Below, in pieces: positions 58,735 to 64,000 of a stretch of 64,000 nucleotides of DNA. The notes under the pieces were generated by a model, which made no database searches, had not been told where the DNA came from, and saw only the letters and a program-made list of their open reading frames with translations. This DNA is from a virus, in the IMG/VR virus record IMGVR_UViG_3300023179_000041, positions 32,001 through 96,000 of that record. One strand, 5' to 3'. Position numbers and translations under genes: made by a program. How positions within the stretch are numbered: position 1 is the stretch's first letter; every line of letters starts with the position of its first letter.

Positions 58735-59205
58735 ATGGGATACTTTGTACAGACAACCAATAACGACATAACCATCAAGAAAGAAAACTTTGTCAAGTGC
58801 TACGAGGCGATGTGCGCCCTCAACCAGCATGATGACTTGAAGCGTGGCGGCTCATACGGCGGCGATGGTGTGGACGCTCGTAGTCCACGACCAGAAGGTT
58901 TGGACTATCACCCCGCCAAATGGTTTTCGTGGATGCCAGCGGATTACCCTCACCAATACAAGACCTTTGAGGAAATCATCAAGGCTCTTGGCTTTGACGC
59001 TGACTACAACCAAGATGGTGACCTCAGCGCTATCTACTACGACAACAAGATGGGTTCAGAAGACCTGTTCTTCCAGGCAATCGCCAAGTATGTCGAGAAA
59101 GATAGTTTCATTGATTGGCGTGGCGAAGACGGTGCCGAGTGGCGTTGGTTATTCAACGGCGACAGCATTGTGACGCAAAGCCTCATCAGAAAGGTTTGGG
59201 CATGA
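58735..59205 (+). CDS. Conserved phage hypothetical protein
   Basis: MGY...F.AIAKYV...S.IDWRGEDG..WRW.F. Confidence 0.7.
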   Translation: MGYFVQTTNNDITIKKENFVKCYEAMCALNQHDDLKRGGSYGGDGVDARSPRPEGLDYHPAKWFSWMPADYPHQYKTFEEIIKALGFDADYNQDGDLSAIYYDNKMGSEDLFFQAIAKYVEKDSFIDWRGEDGAEWRWLFNGDSIVTQSLIRKVWA

Positions 59206-59609
59206 ACGGATATACCGAAACAAACGGATATACCGAAAAACGCGGAACCAAGTACGAAGACGTCGCCTATCTGTCTGACGCAAACGACAGTGGCGTCACA
59301 TTTACAGAAGGCAAAAGCCTCATCACTTTGTGGAACCACCACCAAACGTGGCACTTCGTAGAGGTAAAGCCCTATCTTTCTCAAAATCTGTTCCGTGTTT
59401 ACATAGCCCGCAACGCATACGATGAGCAGTCATACGCGCGGCTAGAAAAGTTCATGGGTTCTGGCTGGGTCAAACTCCACGAAATAGGAATCAACGGGAC
59501 TCCTGCTGCACAGGTTTCATACATTCAGAAGTTGGGTCGTGTTGATATAGAACTATTCCGCCGCACCGCAGATATTTTGTGGGACATAAAGGCGTTCATG
59601 AATGAGTAA
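59202..59609 (+). CDS. Hypothetical protein
   Basis: ATGA coupling; RNAYDEQSYAR. Confidence 0.6.
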   Translation: MNGYTETNGYTEKRGTKYEDVAYLSDANDSGVTFTEGKSLITLWNHHQTWHFVEVKPYLSQNLFRVYIARNAYDEQSYARLEKFMGSGWVKLHEIGINGTPAAQVSYIQKLGRVDIELFRRTADILWDIKAFMNE

Positions 59610-59742
59610 AGAAACGCGATATTGCGAAGCGGGATGCGGTTATAAGTTGCCAGAAGAATACGGCGACGACGAGACCATCTGTGGAGCCTGTTTGGACAAT
59701 CCTGAATCTTGGGAAGAGTCAGACTTGACATCCGTAAAATAA
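59602..59742 (+). CDS. Tiny zinc-ribbon protein (46 aa, not in ORF track)
   Basis: MSKETRYCEAGC...ICGACL. Confidence 0.5.
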   Translation: MSKETRYCEAGCGYKLPEEYGDDETICGACLDNPESWEESDLTSVK

Positions 59743-59754
59743 CTGTCATACTTG

Positions 59755-59840
59755 ACGACGCGGCTGAGGCTTTCCTTCCTTGTGCCTCAGTCGTCGGGTG
59801 CGCGGCCCGTCCAGGTTCTTAATCCCTTTCTGTCCTGGGC
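59755..59840 (+). ncRNA. Candidate small RNA with pyrimidine-rich (anti-SD-like) loops
   Basis: TTGACA-N16-CATACT promoter at 59725-59752; hairpins with loops TTTCCTTCCTTGT and TTCTTAATCCCTTTCTGT. Confidence 0.4.
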
Positions 59841-59852
59841 GGGCCCCCTGAC

Positions 59853-59926
59853 CCCAAGGGAACGGCCTGCCGGTATAAATAAATCCATTATTCGAGGAAC
59901 ACCATTTTTTGGGGCAGGGACAAAAA
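59853..59926 (+). repeat. Early-region element, copy 5
   Basis: CCCAAGGGAACGGC...AAATAAATCC-N9-GGAACACCATTTTTTGGGGCAGGGACAAAAA. Confidence 0.9.
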
Positions 59927-59973
59927 CTCGGCAGCAAGATTCACAAACACACAACGGGGGCCCGGGCCGAAAG

Positions 59974-59994
59974 TTATCCACAGGCTGTGGAAAA
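59974..59994. promoter_or_regulatory. Inverted pair of DnaA boxes
   Basis: TTATCCACA-GGC-TGTGGAAAA. Confidence 0.55.
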
Positions 59995-60011
59995 ATAATT
60001 CTTGAAATAGG

Positions 60012-60110
60012 TTGGCATTTGGGTATTCTCCCCCTATATTGGTATTACCAACGTGAACGAAATAAATATTCGCGATGGTGGTTGCGAAAGCAACGGCAAT
60101 GTGATACACT
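60012..60110 (+). promoter_or_regulatory. Two tandem promoters
   Basis: TTGGCA-N17-TATATT (60012-60040) and TTGCGA-N17-TACACT (60082-60110). Confidence 0.65.
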
Positions 60111-60160
60111 TAGTAATAGCAATACCAACCCAAATAACCAAACACAGAAAGGCAATAGCA

Positions 60161-61204
60161 ATGTCCAAAGAAACTATGGAGTGGCTCAACTCCAACATTC
60201 TCGTCGGGTTCACCGCCGAGCGTGGGAACGCGTGGCACTACCGCGCCGACCTACAAGGTTCAGAGCCAAACCACTACGAAGGCGCGATTCCGACCGACGA
60301 TATTCTTCGTCGGCTCTTCGCGTGGTCGGCAGTATCGGCTCCCGTTTTTGTTCGTGTCCCCGCGACACTTGAAGACGCGACCTCAACCGATGACGAAGGC
60401 AATCCAATCAAGTTCATTCGCGTAGAGCGTCAAGCAATCTTGCGCTCAGATACCAACGAACTGATGGAAATCTTCGGCAACGACTATCGCTCGCACCAAT
60501 ACGGCGAGTGGCTCGTTCAGAACCTTGCGAACATCGTTGATGGAAATATCAACTTTGGCTCGGCAGGGCTCTTGAAGAACGGCGCAGTTGCGTTCGTCTC
60601 GTTGGAAATGCCAGAGTCAGTAGAAGTGTTGGAAGGATTCTCAGTCCGACCGCACCTACTCGCGACTACTTCGCACAACGGAATGTTGGCAACGACCTAC
60701 AAGAGCGTTTCTACATTCGTCGTGTGCGATAACACTCACGCGATGGCGATGAGCGAAAACACGAGTCAGTTCAAGACCCGACACAGCAAGTATTCGGGAA
60801 TGAAGATTCAGTCTGCTCGTGACGCTCTTGGTATCGTTCACAAGATGACGGAAGATATCGTCGCGGAAGTGACGAAACTGTCCGAAGTCAAAGTGACCGA
60901 CGCAGAATGGCAAAAAGTGCTTGAAGCACTCGCGCCTATTCCGTCGCTTGCGAAAGACGAAAGCAACAAGGCAGCAGTGACGCGCGCAGAGAATAAGCGC
61001 GCCGAACTTGTCGGTCTTTACAACTACGATGTTCGCGTGGCACCGTGGAAGGGTTCAGCACTTGGAGTTCTTCAAGCGTTCAACACTTACAACCACCACA
61101 TCGTCGGCAACGACAAGAACCGCGCCGAGCGCAATCAAATGAACGCGCTAATGGGCAAGACCGAGCAGAGTGACCGAAAGGTTCTCCAACTTCTCGGAGT
61201 CTGA
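60161..61204 (+). CDS. DUF932 family phage/plasmid protein
   Basis: AWH, SAG.L..GA..F, LLATTSHNG, VVCDNT, FKTRH, ..SALG..QA motifs. Confidence 0.85.
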   Translation: MSKETMEWLNSNILVGFTAERGNAWHYRADLQGSEPNHYEGAIPTDDILRRLFAWSAVSAPVFVRVPATLEDATSTDDEGNPIKFIRVERQAILRSDTNELMEIFGNDYRSHQYGEWLVQNLANIVDGNINFGSAGLLKNGAVAFVSLEMPESVEVLEGFSVRPHLLATTSHNGMLATTYKSVSTFVVCDNTHAMAMSENTSQFKTRHSKYSGMKIQSARDALGIVHKMTEDIVAEVTKLSEVKVTDAEWQKVLEALAPIPSLAKDESNKAAVTRAENKRAELVGLYNYDVRVAPWKGSALGVLQAFNTYNHHIVGNDKNRAERNQMNALMGKTEQSDRKVLQLLGV

Positions 61205-61213
61205 CCGCGTACA

Positions 61214-61237
61214 GGTGGGGTGCGAAAGCACCCCACC
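61214..61237 (+). terminator. GNRA-capped hairpin after DUF932 gene
   Basis: GGTGGGGTGC-GAAA-GCACCCCACC. Confidence 0.6.
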
Positions 61238-61308
61238 GAACACGCGTTCGGGCCGCGAGCGCGCGGCGAGGCCGGGAACAGGGACCGACGAACCGGACAT
61301 GCCAGGGT

Positions 61309-61377
61309 CCAAGGGAACGGCGCAGCATAAGAATAAAACCATTGGTAATGGAACACCATTTCTTGGGTCGGGAGCAG
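61309..61377 (+). repeat. Early-region element, copy 6
   Basis: CCAAGGGAACGGC...AATAAAACCA-N7-TGGAACACCATTTCTTGGG. Confidence 0.9.
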
Positions 61378-61460
61378 GAGCAGGTTTACAGCGCACCGGC
61401 GCATAGCAAAACTGTTAGGCAAGCCTTACAAAAGAAACTTTGCACAATCTCAGTTTCGGG

Positions 61461-61562
61461 TTGCGCACCACACCCCAAGTGTGGTACAGTATAGGTATGG
61501 GGTTAGCACCCCAGAAAATAATTCAGAATAAGGTTGCGAAAGCGACTAGAATGTGATACAGT
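61461..61562 (+). promoter_or_regulatory. Two tandem promoters upstream of ncRNA
   Basis: TTGCGC-N18-TACAGT (61461-61490); TTGCGA-N17-TACAGT (61534-61562). Confidence 0.7.
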
Positions 61563-61568
61563 ATAAGT

Positions 61569-61797
61569 AGTGGGAAACCACTACGGAATCACTAACAACA
61601 TACGGATAGCATTACCAGTCACGCGTTGTATCACCAGCGATGTGCGAGAGAAGTGCCGCGGCACCCACTCAGTTCCTCTCCTGCGATGAGCCGCCTCTGC
61701 TAGTCCCTGCTATCGGCGGCAACCAGACTTGCTATCTGGTGGGTCGCAACGAAATGGGCAACGACGGTTGCTGTTGGTGGTTTCGTAGTGGTTTCTG
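61569..61797 (+). ncRNA. Unidentified ~225-nt structured RNA
   Basis: Own promoter, no credible ORF, 24-bp closing stem (61574-61597 with 61772-61795) whose three non-WC pairs are all G-U; nested internal hairpins. Confidence 0.7.
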
Positions 61798-61808
61798 ACT
61801 GCGATAGG

Positions 61809-61865
61809 TTGCGAAAGTGCCTAGCGTGTGATACAATCTAAGTAGTGGGCAATCCCGCCCACTAC
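61809..61865 (+). promoter_or_regulatory. Early promoter with 5' leader hairpin
   Basis: TTGCGA-N17-TACAAT then GTAGTGGGC-AATCCC-GCCCACTAC. Confidence 0.75.
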
Positions 61866-61887
61866 AAACACAAGGAAAGGCAACACA

Positions 61888-62340
61888 ATGAGTACCATCA
61901 GCAATACGACGGAACTGAGCGTGGGAGAAATCGTCTCACTGCTCGGCGCAAACTGTCTCAACACCAACCCGACTATCGGCACTGCCCCCACAAAGGCTCG
62001 TGTCGCACCCGTAGCGTTCCACGACGGACACCCAATCTGGGTCAAAGACTTGGAACAGCGTGGCGGAGATGTGTACGACCTGCTGGATACAATCACCCCC
62101 GACGAGTCTGCGAACTATTACGGGGTCATTACGGCTGGTTGGGCTTCGCCCGTTGGAGACAACGACCACCTGCCACCGTCTCAGCACCCTGAGCGTCGGC
62201 GTGTGGAGTTGCTGGTCGTCGTCAATCGTGACGGCTCAATAGCAAGCGCACTCTCAATGTCGGGCAACGACGAACTGATTATTGACGAAGGCAAAGCGCA
62301 CGGCGCACTTGCCGACGCAGTTCTCGGTATCTTCGCCTGA
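61888..62340 (+). CDS. Hypothetical protein
   Basis: AAGGAAAGG RBS; GWASP...PSQHPERRRV. Confidence 0.7.
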   Translation: MSTISNTTELSVGEIVSLLGANCLNTNPTIGTAPTKARVAPVAFHDGHPIWVKDLEQRGGDVYDLLDTITPDESANYYGVITAGWASPVGDNDHLPPSQHPERRRVELLVVVNRDGSIASALSMSGNDELIIDEGKAHGALADAVLGIFA

Positions 62341-62347
62341 GTCAGTC

Positions 62348-62374
62348 GGGCTGGTGGGCAACCCCCACCAGCCC
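62348..62374 (+). terminator. GC-rich hairpin
   Basis: GGGCTGGTGGG-CAACC-CCCACCAGCCC after stop codon. Confidence 0.55.
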
Positions 62375-62412
62375 ACAACTCGGCCGGCAGGGGCAGAATC
62401 TTCCAAACAAAG

Positions 62413-62441
62413 TTGCAAAGCAACAGAAAGTGTGATACACT
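62413..62441 (+). promoter_or_regulatory. Early promoter, leaderless transcript
   Basis: TTGCAA-N17-TACACT; ATG 6 nt downstream. Confidence 0.75.
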
Positions 62442-62447
62442 AGAACT

Positions 62448-62660
62448 ATGAGCACAAACACCGAAATCAAATATCCAGAGATAACAATCCCGCTTGAGGG
62501 CGAGGACGGAAATGCGTTTGCAATACTTGGGCGTGTTAGCCGTATCGCCAAGCAGGAGGGTGTCTCAAAAGAAGAGATTAAAGCGTTTATGGATGAGGCG
62601 ATGAGTAGCGATTATGACCACCTTCTCCGCACCGTGATGCGCTGGTTCTCGATTACCTGA
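62448..62660 (+). CDS. Conserved small phage protein
   Basis: L.GEDGNAFAILG.V...F..EA.S.DYDHLL. Confidence 0.75.
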   Translation: MSTNTEIKYPEITIPLEGEDGNAFAILGRVSRIAKQEGVSKEEIKAFMDEAMSSDYDHLLRTVMRWFSIT

Positions 62661-62881
62661 GTTCGCTTCTACGGGATTGCACACACACCTAGGTGGTCTC
62701 CGTAGAACGAGGGCAGGGGCAGAGTATTCACTTTCTCTGTCCCTGCCCGACTCTCAGGTTGCAAATTCAGAAAAACCGCTACGCTTTAGTTCTTCCCGAG
62801 TTGAGTTCCCGGCGGGCCTTTTCCTCGGGAAGGCGCAGGGGCAGGGCACGGGCCTCCGTAGTCCCTGCCCCTCGCAGCAGG

Positions 62882-62910
62882 TTGCAAATCAACAGAAACT
62901 GTGATACAAT
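62882..62910 (+). promoter_or_regulatory. Early promoter, leaderless transcript
   Basis: TTGCAA-N17-TACAAT; ATG 6 nt downstream. Confidence 0.75.
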
Positions 62911-62916
62911 ATAACT

Positions 62917-63084
62917 ATGAAACCAAACCACTACTACGCACCATTCAAAAACTTTGAAGGCTGGGAAGTCTGGCTTTACAGCGGGACAACTCGCCTAGAC
63001 CGCATCTCTGGCCCTCATCAAGACCGCATCGCTGCCGAAAGAGCAGCAGCGCGTTTGATGAACGAAGAGTTGCTAAGTCAGTAA
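62917..63084 (+). CDS. Small leaderless protein (55 aa, not in ORF track)
   Basis: MKPNHYYAPFKNFEGWEVW...AAERAAARLMNEELLSQ. Confidence 0.6.
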   Translation: MKPNHYYAPFKNFEGWEVWLYSGTTRLDRISGPHQDRIAAERAAARLMNEELLSQ

Positions 63085-63098
63085 ATAAGTGATACAAT
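63070..63098 (+). promoter_or_regulatory. Early promoter
   Basis: TTGCTA-N17-TACAAT. Confidence 0.75.
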
Positions 63099-63130
63099 AG
63101 AGATAACACAACAAGAAAGGCACAAACACA

Positions 63131-63622
63131 ATGGGATACACGCACTACTGGGTACGAGACAAGCGCAATGTCGGCTCGGCTTGGATGTTCGGCAAACTTG
63201 CCCTAGACACCAAGAAGATTATTGAGCAGGCAAAGTCAGAAGGCATAGAAATATGCGGACCTCTTGGCAAAGGCGAGCCCGAGTTCACCGAGGCACACTT
63301 CTGCTTTAACGGAACCGAAGTCGGCGGACTTGACCACGAGACCTTTTGGTGGGAAGCACTGCCAACTCAGCCCGACTACCAATACGAATACAAGAAAGGC
63401 ACCGACCGTGAGAATGAGATTTTTGAGTTCTGTAAGACTGCTTACAAGCCGTATGACTTGGTGGTCGTGGCAGTTCTTCTCAGGGCTAAATACTGGTACG
63501 GAAATGTCGTAGATGTTTTTTCTGATGGTGGCTGGGATAGCGACTGGAAAGAAGGGCGAGCCTTCTACGAGCGCATCTTTGACGAAGTCGCACAGTGTCC
63601 ACGAGACGAGGTGTCGGCGTGA
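63131..63622 (+). CDS. Conserved phage protein (MGYTHYW family)
   Basis: MGYTHYW...FNG...HETF...FCKT..KPYD..V...SDG. Confidence 0.75.
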   Translation: MGYTHYWVRDKRNVGSAWMFGKLALDTKKIIEQAKSEGIEICGPLGKGEPEFTEAHFCFNGTEVGGLDHETFWWEALPTQPDYQYEYKKGTDRENEIFEFCKTAYKPYDLVVVAVLLRAKYWYGNVVDVFSDGGWDSDWKEGRAFYERIFDEVAQCPRDEVSA

Positions 63623-63783
63623 CGCGCCTCTATCGAGATATGGTCCACTTCGGCACCGAGGACTCATTCGACGCCTTTAAGCGGAAAGTAAACGATTACT
63701 ACGACTGGTGTCTACGACTTGGTCGAGACCCCCAAAACGACGAGAACTGGATTACGTACCACGAGATGATGGCCAACGCTTAG
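63619..63783 (+). CDS. Small hypothetical protein
   Basis: GAGGTG RBS, GTGA coupling. Confidence 0.5.
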   Translation: MTRLYRDMVHFGTEDSFDAFKRKVNDYYDWCLRLGRDPQNDENWITYHEMMANA

Positions 63784-63826
63784 TCCTTGGCTGGCCCGGC
63801 CTCATCCTTTCCGGGCCGGGCCGGCA

Positions 63827-63897
63827 CCCAAGGGAATGGCGCAGCCTTAAATAAATCCGAATATCGAGGAACACCATATTTTGTGGCAGGGGCAGAA
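63827..63897 (+). repeat. Early-region element, copy 7
   Basis: CCCAAGGGAATGGC...AAATAAATCC-N9-GGAACACCATATTTTGTGGCAGGGGCAGAA. Confidence 0.9.
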
Positions 63898-64000
63898 TTC
63901 ATCAATTGCTTATTAGCAAGTCGTGCAGATAAGCCGCAGGGGCCAAGGTCACTCTCCGTGGTCGAGCGGCCACCCTGGGCGGTCAGAACTTTTTTCCGTA

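Noticed and set aside
59204-59240. 18-bp tandem duplication (NGYTET/NGYTEK)
   Set aside because: Two in-frame copies only; looks like a local slippage event.
59752-60372. 206-aa ORF spanning repeat copy 5
   Set aside because: Crosses hairpins, the repeat, DnaA boxes and promoters, overlaps DUF932 out of frame and has no protein-like composition.
61574-61795. Retron msr-msd, tRNA or hammerhead identity for the ncRNA
   Set aside because: No reverse transcriptase in the window; no T-loop/CCA cloverleaf; CTGCGATGA...CGAAA departs from the hammerhead core.
49418-63897. 70-bp element as sigma-54 or ECF promoter
   Set aside because: TGGAAC to TTGC spacing does not fit -24/-12, and no GTT lies at ECF -10 distance from GGAAC.
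1-64000. Integrase, transposase, tRNA/rRNA genes or alternative genetic code
   Set aside because: None recognised; standard-code ORFs tile the window densely and use TAA, TAG and TGA as stops.

Overview
A 64-kb internal segment of a large tailed dsDNA phage with siphovirus-type tail genes, nearly all on the + strand. The host is most likely an actinobacterium, based on a WhiB gene, many leaderless starts and an Rv0185-like metalloprotein. Layout: (1) 0.2-2 kb neck/tail-completion genes; (2) 2-12.7 kb fibre/decoration proteins, including a 1981-aa modular repeat fibre and a His-rich Gly-rich adhesin; (3) 13-23.5 kb tailoring cluster with three 2OG-Fe(II) oxygenases, a flavin-dependent halogenase, two GT-B glycosyltransferases and a Thr-rich mucin-like membrane protein; (4) SNF2/HARP helicase, holins and an M15 endolysin; (5) 27.7-38.8 kb major tail protein, frameshifted chaperones, tape measure, Dit and hub/central fibre; (6) 38.8-48 kb replication/recombination genes plus a ParB-ParB / ParB-methyltransferase / CmoA (carboxy-SAM synthase) operon, RusA-like resolvase, WhiB and AdoMetDC; (7) 48-64 kb early region of small genes with about 18 related sigma-70-type promoters, seven copies of a ~70-bp element, a stand-alone iteron origin and several structured non-coding RNAs. 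Best candidates for new biology: a putative Cx-SAM-dependent DNA modification operon with an amino-MTase-like partner, a ~225-nt promoter-driven structured RNA, a fibre-plus-tailoring-enzyme (virion PTM) module, and the repeated early-region element. All family calls come from motif recognition by eye; no searches or folding programs were run.
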